A stretch of DNA of 62,444 nt, the filler included. It is 6 parts of 6 records of this genome, joined end to end, with 100 filler letters (N's around TTAATTAATTAA, not from the genome) between each part and the next. Parts side by side here need not be neighbours in the genome. Positions count along the whole stretch, not along the records: positions 41,767 to 49,829 come from SRR20825006_2926; positions 49,930 to 62,444 come from SRR20825006_2934; 4 more parts are not named here. One strand, 5' to 3'. Position 1 is the first letter of the stretch. Each line of letters starts with the position of its first letter. The notes beneath the pieces were generated by a model that was not told the origin of the DNA, did no database searches, and was given only the letters and a program-made list of their open reading frames with translations. Made by a program: the position numbers and the translations under genes. Positions 48,367-59,028 of the stretch are shown here, in pieces.

Positions 48367-48534
48367 TATTTATTAATTTGTTTTGATTAATTTTCATTTA
48401 ATATACATAAAATAAATAATAATTTTCGATAAAATATACAATCGATTGTAAATTTTTGTACTTTTTATATATATTTGATTATTATAAAGCAATAATATTT
48501 CTCTTATTTCTAACTATAAAAATAAATACTAGCC

Positions 48535-49725
48535 ATGATTAAATCCTTAAACACCCTAATTACATTAGTACTCGTTGTAATTTTGAGCGCATGTAAAGAA
48601 CAAAAAAAAGAAACAGAAACTGTAAAAAAAATGGATCTTACTGAAACCATTACAGAACAGTATAACAAAGCATATCCAGAGGTAAACAAACATATTGAAG
48701 ATAAAAAGTTTATTCCACGTGCCATAAAAGAAGATTCGACAAAATTTGTTGGCGTATACGACTGGACAAGTGCATTTTACCCAGGTACATTATGGCATTT
48801 ATATAAAATTACAGGGGATGAAAAATGGAAAGAACGCGCTACCTTATACACAGAAAAATTAGACACCATTCAATACTGGCAAGATAACCACGATGTTGGT
48901 TTTATGATTGAATGTAGTTTTGGAAACGGAATAAAGTATGGTAACAAAAATTACGAAGATGTAATTGTACAAGCCGCAAAATCCCTCTCTACTAGATTTA
49001 ATAAAAATACAGGAGTTATAAAGTCTTGGGAATGGAGTAAAAAATGGGAATATCCAGTTATTATAGATAACATGATGAATTTGGAGTTATTATTTAATGC
49101 TACTAAAATTTCTGGCGACTCTACCTATTACAACATTGCAATTACTCATGCTAATACAACAATGAAAAATCATTTTAGAGATAATTTTAGTTCATACCAC
49201 GTAGTAGATTACAATCCAAAAAATGGTAAAATAATTAAAAAGAACACACATCAAGGAATTAGCGATGATTCTGCATGGGCTCGTGGCCAAGCGTGGGGGC
49301 TTTATGGTTTTACAATGTGTTATAAAGAAACTCATAATGAAGCATATTTAAATCAAGCCAAAAACATTGCAGCATTTATAAAGAACAATCCTAATCTCCC
49401 GCAGGATAAAATTCCGTATTGGGACTATAATGCTCCTGCAGGGAATAACACTCCTAGAGATGCATCTGCAGCTGCAATTACAGCTTCTGCTCTTTATGAT
49501 TTAGCTACTTATGTAGATCAAAATGAAGCTAACGAGTATATTTCTTTTGCTGATGAAATTATGACTAGCTTAACTTCTCAAGCTTATTTAGCTAAAATAG
49601 GAACTAATAGCGGGTTTATGTTGATGCATTCTGTTGGAAGTAAACCTCATGGAGAAGAAGTCGATTCTCCTTTAAACTATGCAGATTATTACTTTACAGA
49701 AGCATTGATTAGAAAAAACAAATAA
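48535..49725 (+). CDS. Unsaturated glucuronyl hydrolase GH88 lipoprotein
   Basis: WTSAFYPG, HDVGF, IIDNMMNLE, WARGQAW, RDASAAA and YADYYF. Confidence 0.92.
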   Translation: MIKSLNTLITLVLVVILSACKEQKKETETVKKMDLTETITEQYNKAYPEVNKHIEDKKFIPRAIKEDSTKFVGVYDWTSAFYPGTLWHLYKITGDEKWKERATLYTEKLDTIQYWQDNHDVGFMIECSFGNGIKYGNKNYEDVIVQAAKSLSTRFNKNTGVIKSWEWSKKWEYPVIIDNMMNLELLFNATKISGDSTYYNIAITHANTTMKNHFRDNFSSYHVVDYNPKNGKIIKKNTHQGISDDSAWARGQAWGLYGFTMCYKETHNEAYLNQAKNIAAFIKNNPNLPQDKIPYWDYNAPAGNNTPRDASAAAITASALYDLATYVDQNEANEYISFADEIMTSLTSQAYLAKIGTNSGFMLMHSVGSKPHGEEVDSPLNYADYYFTEALIRKNK

Positions 49726-49775
49726 GACGGACACTACATACATCTTAAAGTAAAAAATAATCTAAATGAATTCTT

Positions 49776-49829
49776 AATCAACTACCTCGGGGTTAACCTA
49801 CAAGGTATTCAAAGGAAACAAATTTAATT
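49776..49829 (+). repeat. Degenerate copy of the REP/IS200-like repeat seen at 1-30, running into the contig end
   Basis: AATCAACTACCTCGGGGTTAACCTACAAGG. Confidence 0.55.
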
Positions 49830-49929
49830 NNNNNNNNNNNNNNNNNNNNNNNNNNNNNNNNNNNNNNNNNNNNTTAATTAATTAANNNNNNNNNNNNNNN
49901 NNNNNNNNNNNNNNNNNNNNNNNNNNNNN
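49830..49929. other. Artificial contig spacer
   Basis: N44-TTAATTAATTAA-N44. Confidence 0.98.
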
Positions 49930-52037
49930 ACCGGTCTCCCTGTTTGAAAAACCAGATTGGTTCCAAAACTCCATTGGTCGTTCAATTGGTAGGCTCCCGA
50001 TATGGATATGTCATGCGTCCTATCAAAAGAGGCACTGTACCAATCTCCATTGTTGATACCGGGTCCCCCGGCTGTTCCTCCCAAGGTTTTTTGCTCTGAT
50101 TTTGAGAGGGTGTATGCAATCCAACCCGTAAAGTCGCCCTCGTTCTTCCGAAGCAACAGTTCCAACCCGTAGGCTCGCATTTTGCCATTTAAAATTTCAG
50201 TTTCAATGGTGTTTTGACCAACTAGCTCGGAACCATCTATATAATCGATTCTGTTATCCACAGTTTTATAGTAGGTCTCCACTTCCAGCGAATAGGTCTT
50301 GTCCTTAAAATTGCGAAAGTATCCCAGCGCATACTGGTTGGCCAATTGTGGTTTGATAAAGGGGCCACTGGGCGTCCAGACATCCAAAGGGGTGACAGAG
50401 GATGTATTGGACAGTAGATGAATGTACTGGGCGGTGCGTGAAAAACCTGCTTTTAAGGATGAATCCTCGTTTAACAGGTATGCCAAGGAAACCCGGGGTT
50501 CAAAATTCCCGAAGGATTCAATGACATCCCTTTTTTCAAAATTGGTTTCGCCCGTTACCGTTCCCCTTTCATAAATGCCCAGTTCCGGATTGTACACTAC
50601 GGGCTGATTGTTTGCGTAGGTGTTGATGGGTTGCCCACCAAATCTAGAGAAAGCACTGTATCGCAAGCCATATTGTGCGGTAAGTTTAGGGCCCAGTTTT
50701 TGCTCTGCGCTCAAATAAAATCCGCTTTCCAGCGCTTTTTTCTGGTCTAACTTTAATGGATTGACGGGTGATGTCTCGGCAGTGGGGTTCACTTCCCCTG
50801 GATTGAAATCATAATAAATACCGTTGATGCCAAAATCCAATTTGAAGTCATTGCTCAAATAATACTTAAAGTCATATTTAAGATTGTAGTTGGTGATGGA
50901 GGACACCCAATCAAATTCATCCTGTGCAAACTCCAGGTCGTAGTCATATCGACTTAAAATTGCCGAAAGATTGGAAAACAAGCGATCACTAAAAATATGG
51001 TTCCAACGTAGGTTGCCCGTGGCATTGCCATAACTACTGTCAAAACTATTGCCCAGTTTAAAGGCATCCCGTCCAAAATAACCACTTAAGAAAAGTTTAT
51101 TGTTACGATTGATGCTGTAATTAGTCTTTAGGTTCAGGTCGTAAAAGCTGACACTGTTATTTTCTCCTGCGGCCTTGAGCAACAGATCCACATAGGAACG
51201 CCGACCGGCAATCAAAAAGGAGCCCTTATCCCCAAAAACGGGTCCTTCGGCCGTCAGCCTGCTTGATAGGACGCCAATGCCCCCGTTCAGTTCAAAGTTT
51301 TTACTGTTCCCATCCTTTTGTCGAATGTCCAACACCGAGGAAACCCTTCCCCCAAAGCTTGCTGGAATACCCCCTTTGTAGAGTTTTACATCTTTGATGG
51401 CATCCGCATTGAATACAGAGAAGAATCCGAACATGTGCGAAGTATTGTAAATAATGGCTTCATCCAGCAGTACAAGATTTTGGTCCTGTGCGCCGCCCCT
51501 TACATGGAATCCTCCCGTTCCTTCTCCATTATTGGTGACCCCGGGCAGCATTTGAAGGGATTTCAATACGTCCAACTCCCCCAAAACCACGGGCATTTGT
51601 TTCACGGTGCCCATGTTCATCTTTACCACGCTCATTTCGGGTTTGCGCAATATGGCCCGTTCTGGTTCATCTGCCATAACGACCACTTCATCCAATTCTG
51701 TCGAGAATTCGGATATTTCCACATCTTGCACGATGTCACGATCCAAATTAACCTCAATATTTACCTCATTATACCCCATATAGGAAATGCTCAACACATA
51801 TTCCCCTTCCGGAGCTGTAACGGAATAAAATCCATATTCATTGGTAACACCGCCAACGGTGGTACCATTCAAGAATACAGAGGCTCCGAAAAGAGTTTCC
51901 CCATTGCTTTTGTCGGTAATGGTACCGCTGATGGTGTGGCTGGTCTGGCCTATGGCCAGGATACAGCCCAAAAAGAAAAACCACAGCAACCAAACGTTAC
52001 ATTTGATTACCGGGTCCAACTGTGATTTACTGTTCAT
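49930..52037 (-). CDS. TonB-dependent receptor with N-terminal carboxypeptidase-regulatory-like domain (3' truncated)
   Basis: ISGTITD, LQMLPGV, VRGG..DQNLVLLD and YKGGIPA.FGGRVSSVLD. Confidence 0.92.
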
Positions 52038-52080
52038 TTTTGTGATGTTTTGATGTTTGTACTTGAAATTTTCACCATCA

Positions 52081-52108
52081 TAGACAGGTCAAAAAATGAA
52101 GGGTTGCA
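52081..52108 (-). promoter_or_regulatory. Putative ECF sigma promoter of the TonB receptor gene
   Basis: TGCAACC-N16-GTCTA on the minus strand. Confidence 0.65.
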
Positions 52109-52185
52109 TGCATTGGCTTTTTTACGGAAACTTTACGTCCATATTTATAATAGATACATTTTTTATAAGTTTTTTTTCTTCATAG

Positions 52186-52213
52186 TGCAACCCTTTACTT
52201 TTGCGGTTGTCTT
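52186..52213 (+). promoter_or_regulatory. Putative autoregulatory ECF sigma promoter
   Basis: TGCAACC-N16-GTCTT, 31 bp upstream of the sigma gene start. Confidence 0.65.
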
Positions 52214-52244
52214 TAGCTACAGATAAGGCATCAACCTAAAACCT

Positions 52245-52784
52245 TTGGAGACCGAAATCCGTTTTACGCACAAGGCCATAGTGGAGCAATGCAAAGCCGG
52301 CCATAGCAACTCACAATACGAGCTGTATTCCCGCTATGTGGATGCCATGTACAATGTGGGATTCCGATTTTTGGGCAATGCGGAAGATGCAGAGGATATT
52401 GTACAGGATAGTTTTGTGGATGCCTTTAAAAACTTGGACAGCTTCAAGTACGAGAGCAGTTTTGGAGCATGGCTGAAGCGAATTGTCATCAATAAATGTA
52501 TTAACTATTTAAAGGCCAAGCGTATCCCTGTAGTGCCGATGGATGCACATGAGTTTCATCTGACGGATGAAGAGCCTGTTGAAGCTGAGGCGACAGATTT
52601 GGACAAGGTGAAAAAAGGGATTTCACGGTTACCGGACGGTTATAGGGAAATCATCAATCTGTACCTTATTGAGGGATATGACCATGTGGAGATTGCAGAA
52701 ATCTTGGGTATTTCCACCAGTACTTCAAAATCACAATACCACAGGGCAAAGAAAAAATTATTGGAAATCATCAATGCAATGTAA
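52245..52784 (+). CDS. ECF RNA polymerase sigma factor
   Basis: DAEDIVQDSF, FGAWLKRIVIN, EGYDHVEIAEILG and TSKSQYHRAK. Confidence 0.93.
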   Translation: METEIRFTHKAIVEQCKAGHSNSQYELYSRYVDAMYNVGFRFLGNAEDAEDIVQDSFVDAFKNLDSFKYESSFGAWLKRIVINKCINYLKAKRIPVVPMDAHEFHLTDEEPVEAEATDLDKVKKGISRLPDGYREIINLYLIEGYDHVEIAEILGISTSTSKSQYHRAKKKLLEIINAM

Positions 52785-53326
52785 TGGACAATTTTGAAAA
52801 ACATATTAGGGACCATGCAGCCCAGTTCAACGAACGTAGGGCGGACAAGGACAAAATGTGGGCGAAGATTTCAGAGGAACTGGGCCAAGAAAAGCCCAAG
52901 GTAATCCCGCTCTGGAAAAGGCCACTATTTCGTGTGGCGGCCTCCGTACTATTATTGCTGGGTCTCGCTTCGTTTTTTGGACTTTCAGTATTGAGCAACA
53001 ATGCTGAAAAAACACAATACGCCTCCAAAGAACTGATGGAAATAGACATGTATTACAAAGACCTGGTCTCCTACCAAGTGGAATTGGTAAAGAACAATCA
53101 GGCTCTTTCCGAAGAAAACAAGGCCGAGTTCCTATCCTTCATGGATGAACTCGATGCAGAATACGAAGTTCTTAAGAAAGAGATGCAAAAAAACCTTGAC
53201 AATGAGCTAGTACTGGAAGCCATAGTGAGCAATTACAAAAAACGCATTGAACTCATTGAGAATTTGTTGCACCAGTTAAACGAATCTAAAAAACAAGATG
53301 AAGATGATCACGCATACACGTTATAG
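52784..53326 (+). CDS. Probable anti-sigma factor (single TM)
   Basis: Overlaps the sigma stop; W..I motif then a RVAASVLLL TM helix. Confidence 0.7.
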   Translation: MDNFEKHIRDHAAQFNERRADKDKMWAKISEELGQEKPKVIPLWKRPLFRVAASVLLLLGLASFFGLSVLSNNAEKTQYASKELMEIDMYYKDLVSYQVELVKNNQALSEENKAEFLSFMDELDAEYEVLKKEMQKNLDNELVLEAIVSNYKKRIELIENLLHQLNESKKQDEDDHAYTL

Positions 53327-54395
53327 AATGGTCCTATGGATAGCCTTGTTGCTGGTATCAGTGGATTGTGCCGTAGCACAGGAAAAGGTTCATAAAACCA
53401 TAGAGGAAAGCTTTCCGTTCACCAACTCGGGGGCGTTTCAAATAGAGAACAAATATGGTACTGTAACGCTTAAGGGATGGGATCAGAACAAAGTCCAAGT
53501 GAATATTGAGGTTACCGTGAACCATCGTAAAAAAGAAAATGCAGAAGACTTGTTGGGACGTATCAGCCCAAAAATCAAAGCGAGCAACAGCTATATTTCC
53601 ATTGTTTCTGAAATCAGCAATAAAAATACGGGGTGGCTTGCCGATCTGTTGAATCGTGCCAATCCCATTGACTTTGACCGTAGCCACGTACAAATAGATT
53701 ATGAGATCCATCTTCCCAAAAAAGCTGGACTTAAGGTCACCAATCGTTTTGGGGATGTGATCATTGAAAACTGGACAGGCAGCCTAAACACCTTGATCGA
53801 GCATGGCGACCTTTGGATTGGGGAGAATCTGAACAAGGCGGATATCGTTTTGAAATATGGAAAAGTCCGCGCCAAGGATTTAAACTATGCAGATCTTGAC
53901 TTGAAAATCGGGGAATTGAACATGGAAAACTCAAAAAATCTGCGATTGAAAAGCGATGGCTCGGAAATACATGTCCATTCAGTTAATTCGTTGGAGATAT
54001 ATTCCAACAAGGACAATATCTCCATAAACGAAGTAGCGTCCCTATTTGGAAACTTGGATTTTACCACCTTCAAAATGGAACGATTGGCAGGTGATGTGGA
54101 CCTTACCATGAAAATTGCCGATTTTCAAGTGTACAACATTATAAACCCATCTGCTGATATATCCATACAGCAAGAATCGGCGGATATCACACTAACCGTC
54201 GATCATTTCCCCCACGACTTTATGGCAACCTTGGAGCAAGGTGTGGTACGCTTGCCCAAATCATTTGAGAACGTCAGTTCAGAAATGTTGGACAAGGGCC
54301 GTAGGCTCCGAAAAATCAATGCCACTTATGGCAAGGAGCGGAAAGGAAAGATTTCCATACAAGGCGAAAAAGGAATTGTGACCATAAACGATTAA
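53298..54395 (+). CDS. Exported DUF4097/adhesin-like beta-repeat protein
   Basis: Signal peptide, IENKYG.V...GWD and repeated N.FGD-type strands. Confidence 0.6.
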   Translation: MKMITHTRYRMVLWIALLLVSVDCAVAQEKVHKTIEESFPFTNSGAFQIENKYGTVTLKGWDQNKVQVNIEVTVNHRKKENAEDLLGRISPKIKASNSYISIVSEISNKNTGWLADLLNRANPIDFDRSHVQIDYEIHLPKKAGLKVTNRFGDVIIENWTGSLNTLIEHGDLWIGENLNKADIVLKYGKVRAKDLNYADLDLKIGELNMENSKNLRLKSDGSEIHVHSVNSLEIYSNKDNISINEVASLFGNLDFTTFKMERLAGDVDLTMKIADFQVYNIINPSADISIQQESADITLTVDHFPHDFMATLEQGVVRLPKSFENVSSEMLDKGRRLRKINATYGKERKGKISIQGEKGIVTIND

Positions 54396-54412
54396 AAAAA
54401 AAATCAAAAAAA

Positions 54413-54440
54413 TGCAACCCTTCATCAAATGGGTTGTCTT
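54413..54440 (+). promoter_or_regulatory. Third copy of the ECF promoter motif
   Basis: TGCAACC-N16-GTCTT, 31 bp upstream of the ATG at 54472. Confidence 0.65.
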
Positions 54441-54471
54441 TAAAACAAAATCAATCAAAAATCCAATAAAA

Positions 54472-55137
54472 ATGAACAATCAGAAAACTACGATTTTCTT
54501 ACTTTTTTTGCTAATGGGCACTATGGGGTTTGCCCAAAACGATGACGACCAATATATTACCTTCAATGACCGAAAGAATGTGGTGCACGGGGTCTACTTG
54601 GGGCTATCCACCTACTTTGGAGAAATTGAGGGAGAGGATACCTACATCGGAGGACTAAAAGTGGCCTATGTGGCCAACAGACAGTTTGAAGTGGGTTTTA
54701 TGGGCAACGTGCTATACTCCCAGCAGAACATCTTTAATCCTAGAACAAACAACAACGATGATATTGTGGCTGTGTACGGAGGACTGCATTTGGAACCTAT
54801 ATTGTTTGGCAAGAAAAGGGTAAGTCTATCCTTTCCAATATTGATTGGTGGTGGCGGTGTGGGCTACGTAGATCATAATGCCGTGGTGAACGATGAGAAC
54901 GTTGATCTTAATGATGACGATATAGACGCTGTATTTGTGCTTGAGCCAGGAATGAATGTATTGTTCAATATTTCCAGATTCGTGCAATTGGAGGCTGGTT
55001 TCCGATATAGAATGTCCAGCAAAATAGAGTTGGCACAAAGCCCAGTGGACCGTCTCAATGGTTTTTCAGGTGGCATTGGGGTGAAATTAGGAGTGTTCAA
55101 TATGGGGCGTAACCGTTACAAAAAGCAGTTGAACTAA
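54472..55137 (+). CDS. Outer-membrane beta-barrel-like hypothetical protein
   Basis: Signal peptide ending GFA-Q; Gly-rich beta strands. Confidence 0.65.
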   Translation: MNNQKTTIFLLFLLMGTMGFAQNDDDQYITFNDRKNVVHGVYLGLSTYFGEIEGEDTYIGGLKVAYVANRQFEVGFMGNVLYSQQNIFNPRTNNNDDIVAVYGGLHLEPILFGKKRVSLSFPILIGGGGVGYVDHNAVVNDENVDLNDDDIDAVFVLEPGMNVLFNISRFVQLEAGFRYRMSSKIELAQSPVDRLNGFSGGIGVKLGVFNMGRNRYKKQLN

Positions 55138-55326
55138 TGGAAAATTACAGCAACCGTCTTCACCATCCTATAAAAACACTACGGGTCTACACAAAAAATG
55201 AGCAAGTATTTGCCTTGTATGAAAATAGCGGATGGGCTGTCATTCCATTTCAATGGGTGCCTATTCCATTTTTCAACGTTTAGCATTTCTTGCGTACAGT
55301 ATTACATCAATCAAAAATCAAAACAA

Positions 55327-56049
55327 ATGAAAAAACGAATCAGTTTTACACTGCTTTCCGTACTATTGACCCTTTTTTCTTCCTGTGATTACGAGAAGAT
55401 ATATGCCGAAGGCGAAGTGACCTCTATCAAGTATGACATAAATGATTATAATGGACTCAGGATTTCTGATGCATTCCATGTTTATGTGCATTTTTCCGAA
55501 TCTGAAGAAGAAATCCGTATTTCGGCCAACAACAATCTGCACGAAAAAATTGTCGTAGAAAAAGATGGTGACGAATTGATTATCCGATTAAAAGATCGCA
55601 CTTCGGTAAGTGGTAAGGCTGTGATGAACGCATACATCACCACCAAAAATCTTTCCAAGTTCAATATTGATGGTGCGAGCAGATTGATTTTGGAAAATCA
55701 ATGGGAAGTACAGGATGGACATATTACAGTCTCTGGGGCCTCTGATTTTAAGGGGGAATTGCTCGCTGATCGATTACAAATGAATCTCGAAGGAGCCTCT
55801 TCCGTTGATCTTTTTGGTAGTGTCTCATTCTTGGATGCGGAAATTTCAGGAAGCAGTGACTTGTTGGATTACGACCTTAATATTTCCAATCTGGACATAA
55901 ACTTGTATGGGGCGAGCACGGCCTTTCTTTCTGTAAATGAAAGTATTTCCATAAAAGCTTCAGGTGCCAGTGTATTAAACTACAAGGGAGATGCGACGAT
56001 ACAGGAAAGTGAGCTTTCTGGCTCCTCCAGTATTATAAAAAAGGATTGA
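55327..56049 (+). CDS. DUF2807 / head GIN domain lipoprotein
   Basis: Lipobox FSSC and repeated SGAS/GSS beta-helix units. Confidence 0.8.
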   Translation: MKKRISFTLLSVLLTLFSSCDYEKIYAEGEVTSIKYDINDYNGLRISDAFHVYVHFSESEEEIRISANNNLHEKIVVEKDGDELIIRLKDRTSVSGKAVMNAYITTKNLSKFNIDGASRLILENQWEVQDGHITVSGASDFKGELLADRLQMNLEGASSVDLFGSVSFLDAEISGSSDLLDYDLNISNLDINLYGASTAFLSVNESISIKASGASVLNYKGDATIQESELSGSSSIIKKD

Positions 56050-56065
56050 ACACCACCTCATGTGG

Positions 56066-56662
56066 TCAATGTCTCTTTTCCAGAACTTTGACCACATCCT
56101 TGAGACTATAATTTTTTGCCTTCAGCAAAATCAAATAATGGAACAACAGGTCGGCGCTTTCGTTCAAGAAAAGCTCCTCGTTGTCATCTTTGGCCTCTAT
56201 CACAGTTTCCACAGCCTCTTCCCCTACTTTCTGGGCTATTTTGTTAATGCCCTTTCGGAACAGGGAAGCCACATAACTATCCGGATTCTCTTGGTCATTT
56301 TTTCTGGATTCGATGATGTTTTCCAGCGTTGACAAGAAACCGTACCCTTGAATATTTTCTTCTGCCCAGCAGGTGTCGGTGCCCTCGTGGCAAGTAGGGC
56401 CAACTGGATTCACTTTAACCAAAAGGGTGTCGTTATCACAATCCACTTGCATATCCACAAGGTTTAAGAAATTGCCACTTTCCTCACCTTTGGTCCATAA
56501 ACGCTGTTTGGAACGGCTGAAAAAAGTGACTTTTTGGGTTTCTCGGGTTTTTTCAAACGCTTCTTGGTTCATGTAGCCCAACATCAACACATTTTTGGTG
56601 GTTGCATCTTGAACAATAGCTGGTACAAGTCCGTCTGAATTTTTATTGAAGTCTATTTGCAT
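56066..56662 (-). CDS. hisIE: Bifunctional phosphoribosyl-AMP cyclohydrolase / phosphoribosyl-ATP pyrophosphatase
   Basis: WTKGEESG, DCDNDTLL, CHEG..TC and KVGEEAVE. Confidence 0.96.
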   Translation of the reverse strand: MQIDFNKNSDGLVPAIVQDATTKNVLMLGYMNQEAFEKTRETQKVTFFSRSKQRLWTKGEESGNFLNLVDMQVDCDNDTLLVKVNPVGPTCHEGTDTCWAEENIQGYGFLSTLENIIESRKNDQENPDSYVASLFRKGINKIAQKVGEEAVETVIEAKDDNEELFLNESADLLFHYLILLKAKNYSLKDVVKVLEKRH

Positions 56663-56664
56663 TG

Positions 56665-57420
56665 TTATATTCTTACAGGAATTCCTTCTTCCTTTAATTC
56701 TTTTTTGAGTGTATTGATTTCGATTTCCTTAAAATGAAAAACGCTGGCAGCCAAGGCAGCATCCGCTTTTCCATCTTTAAAAGTATCCGTGAAATGTGAT
56801 ATGTTTCCCGCACCACCTGATGCAATCACTGGAATGTTAACCAATCCGGACAATTTTGCCAAAGCTTGGTTGGCAAAGCCATTTTTGGTGCCATCGTGGT
56901 CCATCGAAGTAAACAAAATTTCACCAGCACCACGTTCTTCCACTTCTTTAGCCCAATCAAAAAGATTCAGTTCCGTAGGTACCTTCCCTCCTACCAGATG
57001 GACTTTCCATTGTCCGTCTATTTGTTTGGCATCAATGGCAACAACGATACATTGTGAACCGAATTTGCCGACCAATTCATTGATCAATTCCGGTTTTTTT
57101 ACCGCGGATGAGTTGATGGAAACCTTATCGGCCCCGTTTTTGAGGAGAATATCCACATCTTCCACGGACGAAATCCCGCCGCCCACGGTAAAGGGTATAT
57201 TGATGGTCTCCGCTACGTGATACACCAGTTCCGCTAAAGTTTTTCGTTTTTCTTCGGTCGCTGAAATGTCCAAAAAAACCAATTCATCGGCACCTTCTTT
57301 GGCATAAATGGATGCCAGTTCCACAGGGTCTCCTGCATCGCGTAGATCAACAAAGTTGATTCCTTTTACGGTGCGTCCGTTTTTAATATCAAGACAGGGT
57401 ATGATTCTTTTTGTAAGCAT
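56665..57420 (-). CDS. hisF: Imidazole glycerol phosphate synthase cyclase subunit
   Basis: [17 protein letters not shown] and TSMDHDGTK. Confidence 0.97.
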   Translation of the reverse strand: MLTKRIIPCLDIKNGRTVKGINFVDLRDAGDPVELASIYAKEGADELVFLDISATEEKRKTLAELVYHVAETINIPFTVGGGISSVEDVDILLKNGADKVSINSSAVKKPELINELVGKFGSQCIVVAIDAKQIDGQWKVHLVGGKVPTELNLFDWAKEVEERGAGEILFTSMDHDGTKNGFANQALAKLSGLVNIPVIASGGAGNISHFTDTFKDGKADAALAASVFHFKEIEINTLKKELKEEGIPVRI

Positions 57421-57439
57421 TTATTTTTATTTGATTGAA

Positions 57440-57766
57440 CTAATGTGAGACTACTTTTAAACCAATAATCGAAGCAATCAAGGTGGTTATAAAAAATAAT
57501 CTCCAAAATGTTGCGGGCTCTTTAAAAACAAAAATTCCAAACAGTACGGTCCCCACTGCACCGATACCGGTCCAAACCGCATATGCTGTACCTATTGGTA
57601 ATTCTTGTGTTGCTTTGACCAACAAAAACATGCTGATTGTAAGGCAAACTACAAATCCTATGTACCAATACGTCATTTCCGTCCCGGTTGTTTCCTTGGC
57701 CTTTCCAAGACAGGCTGCAAATGCAACTTCAAAGAGTCCTGCAATTATCAATAGTATCCAGTTCAT
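57440..57766 (-). CDS. SMR family transporter (SugE/Gdx-like)
   Basis: AGLFEV, LPIGTAYAVWTGIG; 4 TM segments. Confidence 0.88.
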   Translation of the reverse strand: MNWILLIIAGLFEVAFAACLGKAKETTGTEMTYWYIGFVVCLTISMFLLVKATQELPIGTAYAVWTGIGAVGTVLFGIFVFKEPATFWRLFFITTLIASIIGLKVVSH

Positions 57767-57782
57767 AGGCTGTATTGGAATG

Positions 57783-58301
57783 CTAGCTTTCGTTTTTTGC
57801 ATTCAGGTTGACCCCACCGTAAAAACCAAGGTCTTTATTTTGTAAAATTTTGGTCCATAGTGCTATTTGCCCTGTGTGGTATGACAAATGTTCCGTAACA
57901 TGGATAATGTTGCCCACTCCGGAAAAATTAAACCCTTGAACGTTTCGTTTACGCAATAATTCATTGAGCGGGGCATCGTAGAACGCTCTTTTGGCGTCCG
58001 AGATGGTGTTTTCCAGTTTTTTGACAAGCTCTGCTTTGGAATAGCCTGAATCTGTGGAAAATTCTTCATCCCTTATGCGTTCATCCTCCAAATTTTGAAT
58101 GGATGCAATCCCATATTGGGTGATGTTTCCGCACAGGTGAAGAATAAGATTGGCAATACTATTGCTCGATTCATTCGGTTTTTCCCAAAGTTGTTCCTCA
58201 GACAATTGATCTAAACAGATTTTGATCATGCGAAGACTCTCGTTCATTCGATAGCCTGCGTTCCATACCAATTCTTCCTGGAGTTCTCTTTCTTTATCCA
58301 T
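57783..58301 (-). CDS. DinB/DUF1572 family protein
   Basis: [18 protein letters not shown] and HLSYHTGQI. Confidence 0.85.
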   Translation of the reverse strand: MDKERELQEELVWNAGYRMNESLRMIKICLDQLSEEQLWEKPNESSNSIANLILHLCGNITQYGIASIQNLEDERIRDEEFSTDSGYSKAELVKKLENTISDAKRAFYDAPLNELLRKRNVQGFNFSGVGNIIHVTEHLSYHTGQIALWTKILQNKDLGFYGGVNLNAKNES

Positions 58302-59025
58302 TTTTAAGAATATATTGTTCCAACTGTTTTAAACTGATCTTGCCTTCATAAATGGCTTTGCCTATGATTGTACCTTCACAACCAAGTTCGGCAAGTCTGG
58401 GGAGTTCGTCAAAAGTGGAAATTCCACCACTGGCAATTAAATTTAAGCCTTTTTTGGTTTGGGCCAACATTTTTTGATACAAGTCGAACGCAGGGCCTTG
58501 CAGCATGCCATCCTTGCTTATATCCGTGCAAATCACATATTCGATACCTTCGGATTGATACTGCTGAACGAAAGGAATCAGCTCCAAATCCGACTCTTCT
58601 TGCCAGCCCGAAACCGCTACTTTCTCGTTGTTGGCATCGGCACCTAGAATGATTTTTCTAGCCCCGTATGTTGACACCCAGCTCAAAAAAGTTTCCCTGT
58701 CTTTTACTGCAATGCTTCCACCGGTAATTTGATGTGCTCCGCTTTCAAAGGCAACATGCAGGTCGTCTCCTGATTTTAATCCACCGCCAAAGTCAATTTG
58801 CAAACTGGTTTTTAAGGCAATGGTCTCCAATACTTTGTAGTTGACAATATGTTTGGATTTAGCCCCGTCCAAATCTACCAAATGTAGGTGCTGGATACCG
58901 TGTGCCTCAAACTCCTTTGCAACTTCCAACGGATTTTCATTATAGATTTTTTTGGTGCTATAATCACCTTTTGATAGGCGTACACATTTACCATCAATGA
59001 TATCTATAGCTGGAATCAATCTCAT
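58294..59025 (-). CDS. hisA: ProFAR isomerase
   Basis: [22 protein letters not shown] and TDISKDGML. Confidence 0.97.
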   Translation of the reverse strand: MRLIPAIDIIDGKCVRLSKGDYSTKKIYNENPLEVAKEFEAHGIQHLHLVDLDGAKSKHIVNYKVLETIALKTSLQIDFGGGLKSGDDLHVAFESGAHQITGGSIAVKDRETFLSWVSTYGARKIILGADANNEKVAVSGWQEESDLELIPFVQQYQSEGIEYVICTDISKDGMLQGPAFDLYQKMLAQTKKGLNLIASGGISTFDELPRLAELGCEGTIIGKAIYEGKISLKQLEQYILKNG

Positions 59026-59028
59026 TTT

